Shown piece by piece: positions 11,484 to 23,050 of a stretch of 64,000 bases of DNA (position 1 is its first letter; each line of letters begins with the position of its first letter). The notes under the pieces were generated by a model. The model did not search any database. It was not told where the DNA came from and saw nothing but the letters and a program-made list of their open reading frames with translations. Position numbers and translations under genes: made by a program. Source of the stretch: Mustelus asterias (taxonomy: Eukaryota); the NCBI RefSeq assembly GCF_964213995.1, contig NW_027590511.1:1-64000 (forward strand), given 5' to 3'.

Positions 11484-12770
11484 CTGCTCTGTAACATATC
11501 ACTGTGTAATCTAACAATTAATCCAGTTCCCCTGGATTACTGCTCTGTAACATATCACTGTGTAATCTAACAATTAATCCAGTTCCCCTGGATTACTGCT
11601 CTGTGACATTTCACTGTGTAATCTAACAATTAATCCAGTTCCCCTGGATTACTGCTCTGTAACATTTCACTGTGTAATCTAACAATTACTCCAGTTCTCC
11701 TGGATTCCTGCTCTGTATCACTTCACTGTGTAATCTAACAATTAATCCAGTTCCCCTGGATTACTGCTCTGTAACATTTCACTGTGTAATCTAACAATTA
11801 ATCCAGTTCCCCTGGATTACTGCTCTGTAACATATCACTGTGTAATCTAACAATTAATCCAGTTCTCCTGGATTCCTGCTCTGTATCACTTCACTGTGTA
11901 ATCTAACAATTAATCCAGTTCCCCTGGATTACTGTTCTGTAACATATCACTGTGTAATCTAACAATTAATCCAGTTCCCCTGGATTACTGCTCTGTGACA
12001 TTTCACTGTGTAATCTAACAATTAATCCAGTTCCCCTGGATTACTGCTCTGTAACATTTCACTGTGTAATCTAACAATTACTCCAGTTCTCCTGGATTCC
12101 TGCTCTGTATCACTTCACTGTGTAATCTAACAATTAATCCAGTTCCCCTGGATTACTGCTCTGTAACATTTCACTGTGTAATCTAACAATTAATCCAGTT
12201 CCCCTGGATTACTGCTCTGTAACATATCACTGTGTAATCTAACAATTAATCCCGTTCTCCTGGATTTCTGCTCCGTAACATATCACTGTGTAATCTAACA
12301 ATTACTCCAGTTCTCCTGGATTCCTGCTCTGTATCACTTCACTGTGTAATCTAACAATTAATCCAGTTCCCCTGGATTACTGCTCTGTAACATTTCACTG
12401 TGTAATCTAACAATTAATCCAGTTCTCCTGGATTCCTGCTCTGTAACATATCACTGTGTAATCTAACAATTAATCCAGTTCTCCTGGATTACTGCTCTGT
12501 AACATTTCACTGTGTAATCTAACAATTAATCCAGTTCTCCTGGATTACTGCTCTGTAACATTTCACTGTGTAATCTAACAATTAATCCAGTTCTCCTGGA
12601 TTTCTGCTCCGTAACATATCACTGTGTAATCTAACAATTAATCCAGTTTTCCTACATTAATGCTCTGTATCTCTTCACTGTGTAATCTAACAATTAAAGC
12701 AGTTTTCCTACATTAATGCTCTGTATCACTTCACTGTGTGATCTAACAATTAATCCAGTTCTCCTGATTT
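11484..12770. repeat. 56-bp tandem satellite, about 23 monomers, with a 7-monomer (392-bp) higher-order repeat
   Basis: Monomer CTGCTCTGTAACATATCACTGTGTAATCTAACAATTAATCCAGTTCCCCTGGATTA; the variant CTGTGACATTT recurs at 11601 and 11993; an isolated partial monomer lies at 12968-13012. Confidence 0.97.
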
Positions 12771-12837
12771 ATGTTTCCCTGTATCAATGTGTAATGGAAC
12801 CCACTCCTGATACCGTGATCACACAAACACGGTGAGG

Positions 12838-12855
12838 GAGCTCCCTCTGGTGGTG
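12838..12855 (-). promoter_or_regulatory. CTCF-like motif
   Basis: Minus strand CACCACCAGAGGGAGCTC, close to the CTCF core CCASYAGRKGGCRS. Confidence 0.4.
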
Positions 12856-13899
12856 ATCTGAGGTAAATGGCCTCTGCTTGGGAGATCAGTGAATTCTCAG
12901 ACTACTGGAGGATCTTTCTTGTTGCAGGATTACGCTGCTGTATTTTTCTTAGGAATAAGAAAAATACGCTCTGTAACATATCACTGTGTAATCCAACAAT
13001 TACTCCAGTTCTCCTTTTTAAACTGTTCATTTATTCTTGAACTTAATTTTCAATGTATACCTACTCTTAAGCTCAGGACACTCAGTAACCGATCTCCGTA
13101 ACTATTTTCACACCTGATCTTTATTGACATTCCTTGGACAGTCCATGTCAGAAAGCACTGAAGATGTTTTCTTGAAAATCAGTTGATTTTTTGACAATTC
13201 GGAACTATCCCTTATTGAAGAATATTATCACTGATATCGAGGAACGTTCACTAATCAATGATTGTTTTCACAGATGGTTACTGATCTGTAAACTGTGAAT
13301 GTTGTTGTTTAAGAGTTGGGATGTAATTTCCGATCTGTGCTTCTTTATGGTGGAAATGTTTAGTAGATCGTGAGCTTAATTCAGTTTCTCAACGTGTTTA
13401 TCTGTTCATTGTACATTGGGATAATAAATCTGTGGATATCTCCATTAAAAAATCACGTTTAAATTTTACTTTCATCATTTGCCTACCGTTTGTATTGAAG
13501 ATTTTGCATTTGTGTGCGTGTGCATGAGCATCTCGTGCTCTGCATTAATCTTTGGCTCTGAGTTAATATGTGTTTATGAGTGTTAATGTGCGCGTTCATT
13601 TGCCAGTGATTGTTGATTTGTGTAGTTGTGTGTCTGCATCTGTGCGCATATTTTATTCTTTTGTCATTGTGTATATATGACTATTATTGTGTGAAGTCTA
13701 TGAATATATATTAATGCCACTCTTAATGCGTGCTATATGTCACTCTAATAATGTTTGTTTCCCTTTCTGTGGAGTTGCCGGCGTTGGACTGGGGTCGGCA
13801 CAGTAAGTAGTCTCACAACACCCGGTTAAAGTCCAACAGGTTTATTTGGTTGCACGAGCTTTTGGAGCGTTGCCCCTTCATCAGGTAACTACTTACTGT

Positions 13900-15020
13900 T
13901 TCCCTTTCTGTGTGCGTCTGTTTCTCCATGAGTCTGTGTGCACGCCTGTTAACATGTCAGTGTATGTATACACGTGTTGCCATTCTTTATAACGGTGCGT
14001 TTATGTATATTTGTGTTTCGATGTGTGGTAATGTGTGCTATGATGTTCTGTTCTATGAGCATGTTAATGTTTGCGTCTACATGTTTGTGTGTAAATGTTT
14101 TGCTGTCTGTTCTTCTATATGCAGTCTGGTGATTTGTTTCTATGTATTTCCATATATGTTTGTGAATGTGTATAACATTGTGTGTCTTTATATCTATATT
14201 CCTATCAGCGTGAACGTGTGCTAATATATATATGTATTTATTTGAGTCAAAGTATGTGCTTGTGTATTTATGTGGGTCTGCATGCGTGTGTATCTGTCTG
14301 TATTGTGTCGATGCATATATGTGTTTGTGTTTGGGTCTGTACCTACTCACGTATGTGTATGTGTATGTACTTGTGTGTTTCATGTGTACATGTGTGGTTT
14401 GTACATATTTGATTATGTGTGTGTATGTTGTTGTTTTAGTGTCTGTTTGTACAAGAGCGCGTGTCTATGTGTTTGTATGTGTGTGTGTGTATGTGTGCGT
14501 CTGTGTGTGTGTGTGTGTGTGCGAGTGAGAGAGAGAGAATGGGTGTGTCCCTATGTATATTTGTGTACGGATGTGTTTGTGTATGGGTGTATTTTTGTGT
14601 GGGTGTATTTGTGTAAGTGTGTATTTCTGTTTGTGCATGTTTTGCCCATGAGTGCATTTGTGTGTGCATTCTTGTTTCTCTGCATGTGTGTTCGTCTGTG
14701 CAAGTATTGAGTGTACCTATGGTGTGTGAAAGTGTATCTGTTGTGTATTTGTGTGTTTCTGTGCCTGTATTTGAATGTGCCTGTCCCTATTTCTGTATAT
14801 GTATGTGTGTGGGGGAATGTGCATGCGTTTGTGTGTGTATATTTACATGTGTCTTTCTGCATTTGTGTGCATATGTGTGAGTATGTGTATTTGTGTGTGT
14901 AGTTGTGCATTTGTGTCGATGTGTGTGTGTGTGTGTATGTGTGTGAGTGTGTGTGTGTGCGCTTATGTGTGTATTTATAATTGTGACAGTTTTGTGGAGT
15001 ATTGTCAGTGTGTGTATTTT
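13900..15020. repeat. Degenerate (TG)n low-complexity tract
   Basis: Seen directly. Confidence 0.9.
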
Positions 15021-16071
15021 TTAGCTGTTGCTCCAAGTTTCACCGCAATCATTAACTGAAAATGATCCAAACAATACGAATAATGGAGCATATTTTCAAT
15101 GTTTTGCTGTATGAATGTAGCTTATGTGAGTGGCACGGTGATATCAGGAGAACGAATCAAATCATTCATTGATGCATCTCGGAAGCATCAGGGACAGAAC
15201 AGTGAAAACTGGGGAGGATTCAATCATTTGTTTCAATTTGCATTGTGGGAAATCACTGCCAGGACATGATTAACAGGAACAAGAGTGCAGAAACATTTTT
15301 AAATTATGTTACATAAGTATATATGCATCACATTGATTAAGATAATGATACTTCAAACTCTGCAGCAAATAAACCGGAAGCTAATTTGTACTGTTGGCAA
15401 CTGGGTTCTTCGAGTAGAGAGCTGGTCCCTTCCAAACACGTTACTTGCGAAGAGGGAGGGAGTGAGCTCATAATTTCCCTCTCTCTACCCGGTGAAGCAA
15501 TGTGCCTGATGGTTCTAACCACTGACGAGGTGGAGGTGAGTGGATTAAATAATGCCATTCCTCCTCTTTTCATTGAGGAAGTGGTGGTACATGGGTTAGC
15601 TACTGCTCTCCCCTCTCTTTGTTGGGTGAGTAGGAATCTGGTATGTTAACAATTTCACTCTCCCTCTCTCTCTGATGGGGGATTGTTGCTCCATGTGTGA
15701 CCCTCACTTCAGTTCCCAGTGGGTGTGGTGCAGCAGCTTAAATATGACATCAATGGTAAAGGCATGGACAACGAGAGAAGCAGGAACACCGAGATCTAAA
15801 TGTTGTGTTTGTTTGTCAGAAATGTTGAATTTGTCAGATTTCTCCTCAGTGGGAGGAAAGTCGGTGAAGATATTTTGCAGAATACTGTAATGAATGTGCT
15901 CTACTCTGTCTCTAACCCAGGGTGTATCTGAGCTGGGTGCACTGGTTCAACAAGGCTTGGGCCCGAGACGTGAAAATACCTGACTCAAACCAAAGATACA
16001 TAGTGGAAGTAAAATTGAAAACCAATCAATTAAGCAATTGGGTATTTCATTTATCGTTGGAGGAAAAAGAT

Positions 16072-16086
16072 TTTATTCTTTTTATT
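16072..16086 (-). terminator. Two poly(A) signals for secretory mu mRNA
   Basis: Minus-strand AATAAA at 16086-16081 and 16077-16072, 28-37 nt after the tailpiece stop. Confidence 0.85.
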
Positions 16087-16113
16087 GAAGTTTTTAATGT
16101 AACCGAGTGATTC

Positions 16114-16505
16114 TCATTGACATGAATTAACGGTGTCCATCAGTGCAAGGGAAATGTTCACAAAACTGGGTTTACCGCTGGATTTGTCAACTGTTCTGTT
16201 GATGATCTTCAAGGGGATGGCTTCATGTCCCACCACACAGGAGTAAGAAGCGCCGCTGGACCATTCCTCTGCTGCAATGGATAACAGGCTGTACATGAAG
16301 AAGGAACTATTCCCGCTCTCCGCCACCACCTCGGTGTTCCTGTAGTTCCCAGGATTCACCGGCTTGTCGTTGACGGTCCACTTGACGAAGATCTCTCGAG
16401 GGGAGAAACGTCTCACTAAGCAGCTGAGGGAGACGAATCTCTGAGCGGAGACTTCTTCTGCCGAGGGCAAGAGGACAGAGACGAACGGTTCCCGCGGATT
16501 TGGAT
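16114..16505 (-). CDS. IGHM: IgM Cmu4 exon plus secretory tailpiece
   Basis: [31 protein letters not shown]...WTV...[43 protein letters not shown]. The tail has the NIS sequon and penultimate Cys; the internal G|GTAAA donor for membrane splicing is at 16175. Confidence 0.97.
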
Positions 16506-17007
16506 CTGCAGAAAATGTACAATAAATGTCAATAAACTGGAGAATTCTGGAGACAATAAAACTGCTGGCTCGATATCAGAAAAATGTGCTTCGTTTCGAT
16601 TTTCAATGTTTCCATTTTTGACTTCCAGTTTGGAGCAGAGGTGAACACAATTATTTTCTCAAATAACTCAGGTGGCTGGACTGGGAAGTTTCAGAAATTT
16701 TACAGCACAGAATCAGGCTATTCAGGCCCAACTGATCGGCTTTATTTTTGGTTTTCTGGTTTTTATGCTCCACATCAGGCTCCTCCTTCGTTATTCGATC
16801 TAAACCCAATAACATCGCCTTCAGTTCACTTTTCATTCATCAACACATCAAATTTCCCCGTAAAAATATCTACAACCCCCAGTTTTTAGTTAGTAGAGTT
16901 TCCACTCAGGGGACACCATTAATGCACTGAATACTGAATATTGACCAGTACACTTACACTGGAAATAGATATAGTGACGCATTTATTGCTTCAATCTCTC
17001 AGCTCAC

Positions 17008-17316
17008 CTGTTTCCTTGTGGATGGATTTTCTTAAAGGAGTCGGCAGATCCTGATGGCTCACCACGCAGTCAAACACAGCCGTACTCAGCCAGGCTTGTG
17101 TCGAGATGTTTAAGTTGCTGACCACGCTGTCAGGATCCGCTCCAGGCTTTTCGGCAATCTCTGATTTCAAATACTTCCTGTCTCGGATCCAGGACACGTT
17201 GACTCCATAGGGAGCATGAGAAATGATGCAGGTTAAGGTCACGGTCGCCTCCAGTAAGACCTGTTCTATTGGTGGTGGCTGTATCGTCACTGTGGTATCA
17301 GGGCACTGGGGAGGAT
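17008..17316 (-). CDS. IGHM: IgM Cmu3 exon
   Basis: [30 protein letters not shown]...VSW...[22 protein letters not shown]; phase-1 AG/GT boundaries. Confidence 0.96.
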
Positions 17317-17760
17317 CTGTGAATGAAAAATGAAAATCAACCCTAGTTCCCTCTTCAGAAGCAGGACAGCAGTCTTCAGCCTGAAGGAGACGAAGTTGCC
17401 TTCGAGATATCAACCTCTAAGTATCACCTTTCAACCTCTATGGAGGATGGAAAACCAGCCTGCTCTGTGAAATTATTCTCTTTTTGTTCAAGTATTTTAG
17501 CAGCGGTATCATTCTCATGAATCAACATTGCAGTATTCCCCAACAAATATACCATTCCTGAACTCAGGAACCAAGTACTGGCAGTTAGTTTATAAGTAGG
17601 GTGGATGCACTTCCCAATATTTTACCCCTATGCTGTGACCTGTGAAACAGTCCGACACCGACTCTCTCTCCAAACCTTACCAGCTGTCTCAGGAAAAAGC
17701 TGACATCAAGACTAGCTCGCTCACTATGTTACTTTAAAATGGAAGGGAACACTATTTCAA

Positions 17761-18076
17761 GGGGAGGCAGTGGCATGGTGGTGTTGCCAATTGTCTTGTA
17801 ACCCAGGGCACGACTCTGGGGACACAGATTCGAATCTCACCACTGCAGGTGGTGAAATTTGAATTTAGTAAAAATCTATAATTAAAAGTCAAATGATCAT
17901 CATGAAGCCATTGTTGTAAAAACCCACCTGGTTCACGAATGCCCTTTAGAAAAGTAAATCTGCTGTCTTTATCTGGCCTGGCATGCATGTGACTCCAGAT
18001 CCACAGCAATGTGGTTGACACTTAAGTGCCCTCAGGGATGGGAAATAAATGCACATCTCATGAAGGAATAACAAAA
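17761..18076 (+). mobile_element. Shark tRNA-derived SINE (SacSINE1/Deu-like) in the Cmu2-Cmu3 intron
   Basis: Box A/B-like head and core aaaacccacctggttcacgaatgccctttag; related copies at 40803-41140 (+) and about 10130-10500, 31140-31450 and 42660-43000 (-). Confidence 0.7.
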
Positions 18077-18236
18077 ATTGCTGTTGTGATGAAATTCTGA
18101 ATGGGGCACTGTCCTAATGCAGCAAACCACATGACAGCAAATTAGAAGTTGTTCTATCTTTGTACTAACTTTAATAGATCCCTAATTTCGATTAACATCG
18201 GAATGGTATATTTTATCCTCGGTTTGAGTCTCTTAC

Positions 18237-18548
18237 CCAGAGATCCGCTGATGTTCTGACTCTGGGTGAATCCTTGATGAGTGACCTGGCAGGTATAGAC
18301 TACTTTGCTGAACCATTCCTGAGCGGAGACTGTCAGCCGACTGCTGGCCGAGAAGTTCCCGTTCACTTCACAGGCGGGAGAGGTGACAATTCCTGAATCC
18401 ATGGGTTGTCCATTCTTCAGCCACTTCACCGTCATTGACTTTGGCTGGAAATCGATGATTGAACAGACGATGGTTGCAAATTTTCTGGTGGTGATTTCTT
18501 CACTGGAACTCACGGTGAGGATAACGGTTGGGGGGAGAATGCGTGGGC
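18237..18548 (-). CDS. IGHM: IgM Cmu2 exon
   Basis: [47 protein letters not shown]...YTCQVTHQG; phase-1 splice sites. Confidence 0.96.
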
Positions 18549-18649
18549 CTTCAACAAACAAATGTTCAGACGTTACTTGAAGATTCAATTGACATCAATT
18601 AAAATTAGTTCTTTTATTTGAGCACCATAGCTGCCGATTTGAGAATCAT

Positions 18650-19365
18650 ATCCATGGTTTGGTTGAATTGGCAGGGAAATGGCGAATGGAATTCAACCGT
18701 CAAAAGCGCCACACAATGCATTTGGGGAGGGAAAACAAAGCAAGGCAATAAACTGGAATGTTAAGAGGGATTGAGGAAATGCAAGACCTTAGAGTGCATG
18801 TCCACAGGTCCTTGTAGATGGTAGGGCAGCTGGAAAAGTTGATCAAGAAAGCATATCAGATTAGTTCCTCTGTTATGTGAGATATTGAATGCAAAAACAG
18901 TGATACAATGATGGAGCTGTATAAAACGCTAGTTAGGCCACGTGTACAGTTCTGGTCACCACGTTGCAGGAATAACGTAATGACTCTGGAGAGAGATGAG
19001 GTTTACAAGAATGTTGCCAGGGACTGAAAATTGCAGCCATGAGGCGAGATTGGATAGGCAGGGTTTGTTCTCTTTAGGAAAAGAGGAGGCTGAGGCGTGA
19101 CATAATTGTGGTTCACAACAAAAATAAGGGACGTAGGCAAAAATAATTCATTCCCCAAGTGGAGGGCTCAATTACCAGGGAGCATGGTCATTTAAAAGGC
19201 ATCTGGGTCTGCATCTCAAGTGCTTTAAGCTGCAATGCTACGGAGCAAGGGCTGGAAAATAGGCTTACTTTGTCAGGCTCGTTTATTTGTTCTCCATTTT
19301 GGCCAGCACAGACATGATGGGCCAAATGGCCTCATTCTGTACAGTAACATTTCTGTTGTTCTTTG
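18650..19365 (+). mobile_element. Decayed CR1 LINE fragment in the Cmu1-Cmu2 intron
   Basis: Remnants of CR1 RT-tether motifs (tggcgaatggaattcaac, gttctggtcacc) and a CR1-type 3' tail. Confidence 0.75.
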
Positions 19366-19509
19366 GTTCTGAGCAACTTTTCAGTCAGGAGGCACTTACC
19401 TGGATTTTGCATAATTCAATTTTTCAGAGTGCTACAGATCAGTTATAACTAAAGCCTTATATAGTTCAATCAGAGCGTTCCTGTCTTGCCCAAGTTCCAC
19501 AACACTTAC

Positions 19510-19809
19510 ATTGCATTCCAATGCTCTTGACCGAGCTGCTGTGTCGAACCTCACACTTGATTTTGCTGCACTCTCCCTCTGACTGGGTGATGGTTAACTG
19601 GCTGCTCAAGGTGTAGGTTCCCTTCGCGTTTCTCACTGATGGATAAGTCTTAAATCCAGTGGCGATCAGCTGCCCATTTTTCTTCCAGGTCAGTTTGGAG
19701 ACATCTGGAGAGTAGTCCATCGCCAAACAGCCGTAGGTGATGGAGCCAGCGGAGTTGTGTTGCTGACAGGAAGAGACGAGGCTGTAGAGAGTGGGCGGAG
19801 ACGGTGTCG
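19510..19809 (-). CDS. IGHM: IgM Cmu1 exon
   Basis: [46 protein letters not shown]...[12 protein letters not shown]...CEVRH, the shark mu CH1 signature; acceptor tttcccag, donor GTAAGT. Confidence 0.97.
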
Positions 19810-21090
19810 CTGGGAAAGAATAGTCGATTCAACAAGTTAGATTCTTACCTGCGTTTATTAATTAATCAAACATATTTATACAAGTAAGTTTCTATATTAG
19901 GTATAGCTCTTGCGGCTAAAGGGATCAATGGATATGGGTAGTCGGCGGGGTCAGGACATTGACGAGCCGTGATCAAAGTGAATGGTAGAGCAGGGTCAAA
20001 GGGCCGAATGGCCTACTCCTGCTTCTATTTTCTATGTTTCTACATCACGATTTGTCTAGAATTATGAACTTAACTTAATATTTCCCGATTAAGACCTACA
20101 TACACCTTTCAGCTTCTGTTACTCCTATCATTTGAGAATCGCCATCTTTGTAGAAACTCACATCAATGTCTCGACCTCTATCAGGTTGGAAAGACAAAAA
20201 CATTTTGATGTCATTGTAATGACATACCATTCATTGGATTAACAGAGAAGAGTAAAGAGTTTCTCCATTACTTCAGGCACTACCTATTTTTCAAACAACA
20301 GGACTTTGTGATGAAGAAGTTGTCTCTTCATTCATATCAGCCACTCGCCTGATGAAAGAGCTCCAAAAGCTCACGATTCCAAATAAGCCTGTTGGAGTTC
20401 AACCTGGTGTTGTGAGACTCCTTACTGTGCCCACCCCAACCTAGCGTCGGCATATCCACATTGTAGTTTTGGCTATTGCCTGTGTTCAAACTAACTGATG
20501 CCCCTTCCTCTCTCCAACTCACTGCCTCTCACTCCACAAAATGAAGATTAGTGACTTTGCTTCAAAACTACCTTCGGAATGAATACTTACTGAATGACCA
20601 GGAAACTCTCAATGTGATTACAAATTCAAATAATTGCAACATTGACTAATTGAAGGGTCATACATTAATAGCAAGAGTTGGCCATTCGGGCCCTGACGTC
20701 TCCTCCATTATTCGCTGAGATTACAGATGATCTGGTTGTGGTGCTAGCTCTATTTTGCACATCCTCACTCCGCCCGTCGATCACCCACTCTCTGCCCATT
20801 TTCCCGACTCTCTGCGCTTTCCCCTGGCTCGATGGGCTGAATGGCCTCCTTCTGCACTGTAGCATCCTATGATTCTACTCTATGGTGTCAAGGACAGACA
20901 CTCTGNNNNNNNNNNNNNNNNNNNNNNNNNNNNNNNNNNNNNNNNNNNNNNNNNNNNNNNNNNNNNNNNNNNNNNNNNNNNNNNNNNNNNNNNNNNNNNN
21001 NNNNNNNNNNNNNNNNNNNNNNNNNNNNNNNNNNNNNNNNNNNNNNNNNNNNNNNNNNNNNNNNNNNNNNNNNNNNNNNNNNNNNNNNNN

Positions 21091-21580
21091 TGATAGAATG
21101 CGTTTGCACGTGTGTGAGACAGTGGGCTGTGCGTGCAAGAGGAGAGAGTGTGCGTGAGAGAAAGGATGTGTGAGATAATGTGTGTGTGTGAGACAGAATG
21201 TGTGTTTGAAGAGTTATTCTTTGTGTGTGACAGTGTGTCTCTTCTTGAAAATGTATGTGTGTGGAGGGGCGGGGAGAGTGTGTGTGGGGAGTCTGTGTGA
21301 AAGAGTACTTCTGTGTGTGAGTGTGTGTATGTTGATGTGAAAAGGAGTGTATCTATTTGAGATACACGATGTCTGTGAAAGAGAGTGTGTGTGCTTGAGG
21401 GAGGGTGTGTGTGTGGGAGAGTGTTGTGTTCATGTGAAAGACAGTGTGTGTGAGAGGGAGTGCCTATTGGAAAGCAAAATAATATGTTCATCAGTGTGTG
21501 AAACTGTGCATGGGATGGCGTGTGAGTGCGAAAGATGTGTACAATGTGTGTGGGAGATAGAAGCAATGTGGGGTGTTTGA

Positions 21581-21613
<33 letters not shown>

Positions 21614-23050
21614 GAGGGGCGGGGAGAGTGTGTGTGAGCGAGAAAAAGTGTGAAACTTAGACAGAATGGATGCGTGAGTGTGTGTGAGTGAAATGACTGT
21701 TGAGAGAACATGTGTCTGTGATAGGTGGAGTGTTTAAAGAGCGATACATTGTATATACATGTGTGTTCGAGTGTAAGAGAAGGAGAGACTGTGTGAGAGA
21801 TTGTGTGCGTGTGAAAGAGAGGGTGTTTGTGAGAGACAGGGTTTGAGAGCAAGATTGTGCATGTGAGACAATGTGTAAGGGGGAGGGTCGGGATGGCGAC
21901 CTCCTCGTGAACCTGCTCCTGGGCCTGGCGAAACGCGCCATTTACCGGTCCAGGCTGCGGGCGATCGAGGGGGCCGTCCATCCTGACTGTCTTCCCCTCT
22001 ACCGCGGCTACGGTCGCGGCCAGGTGTCCCTGGAGAGGGAGCATGCGGTGTCCACGGGCGAGGTTGACGCTTTCCGCGCCCGCTGGGCACCGCAGGGGTT
22101 GGGGTGCATTATTGGCCCTAATAATCACATTTTAATTTGATGTTTTTAAGTTTCCTTTGTACTTTGATTTCTGTTCGGGCTGTTCCCCCTCCTTTTTGGG
22201 GAGCTGCCCCTTTTACTTTGTCCTGATTTAATCTGAGTTTGTTTACTTGGTTTGGTTTGACCTAAAAAGAGGACAATGTGTAAGGGAGTGAGCGTGTGAA
22301 ATAGAGAGAAATATGTGCCTGTGTGAGAGAATACATGTGCAAGTGTTCGTATGAGTGAGAGAGGGCATCGGAATGTGTGTGAGACGAAGTGAGAGTGTAC
22401 GGAAGAGGGAATGTGAGAGGCATAGTGCATGTGTGTGTGAGAGAGCGAATGTGTGCGCGAGACTGTGCTTATGGGAGAGACTGTGTCTGTGTGTAAGAGT
22501 GTGTGTTAGAGTGTGTGCATGTTCTATGTTTGTGAGAGAGTGATTGTGAGAGAGCCAGTGTGTGAGAGCAAGAATGTAGAGGTGTGAGATAGTGTGCGCA
22601 AGAGAAATAGAAATATGTGCGTGTGTGTGTGTGTGAGAGAGAAAGAGATGCGTGTGCGAGAGGAATTGTGAGAGAGCGTGTGGAGAAATGTGAGACAGCT
22701 TGAGCGTGTGTGACAGAGAGTGGGAGAGAGTCCATGTGAGAGTGCGTGCGCGAGGGTGTGAGACTGTGCTGATGTGAGAGTGTGTGTCTGTGTATAAGAG
22801 AAAATGGGTGGGTGTGTGGGGATGTGAGCGCTTTTGTGGATGGGGATGTGAGAGATTGATGGAGAGAGCGAGACGATGTATGTATTTGTATTGAGAGAGT
22901 GTATGTGTAACGTGAGAGAGAGAATGTGTATGGGTGTGTAAGAGAGACCGTATGAGAGAGAAAGTAAGTGTGAGTATGTATGTGTGTGTGTGTGCATGTG
23001 TGAGAGAATATGAGAGTATTTATGTGTGTGAGAGTGTGTGATGTGTATAA
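21091..23050. repeat. (TG)/(GA)-rich low-complexity tract in the J-C intron
   Basis: Seen directly. Confidence 0.85.
21882..22271 (+). mobile_element. 5'-truncated Tx1 copy (390 bp) with a 15-bp target-site duplication
   Basis: Near-identical to the 3' end of the 50796-58000 element; TSD GACAATGTGTAAGGG at 21867-21881 and 22272-22286. Confidence 0.95.

Noticed and set aside
11484-12770. CRISPR-like array with palindromic repeats
   Set aside because: No unique spacers and no cas genes; vertebrate satellite.
13910-15059. Cys/Val- and His/Thr-rich ORFs (also at 20880-23086 and 61227-61472)
   Set aside because: Translations of TG/CA microsatellite DNA.
15880-15900. STFITVF, resembling the mu TM1 motif
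   Set aside because: In-frame TAG immediately upstream; no acceptor, hydrophobic continuation or YS/VTL motif.
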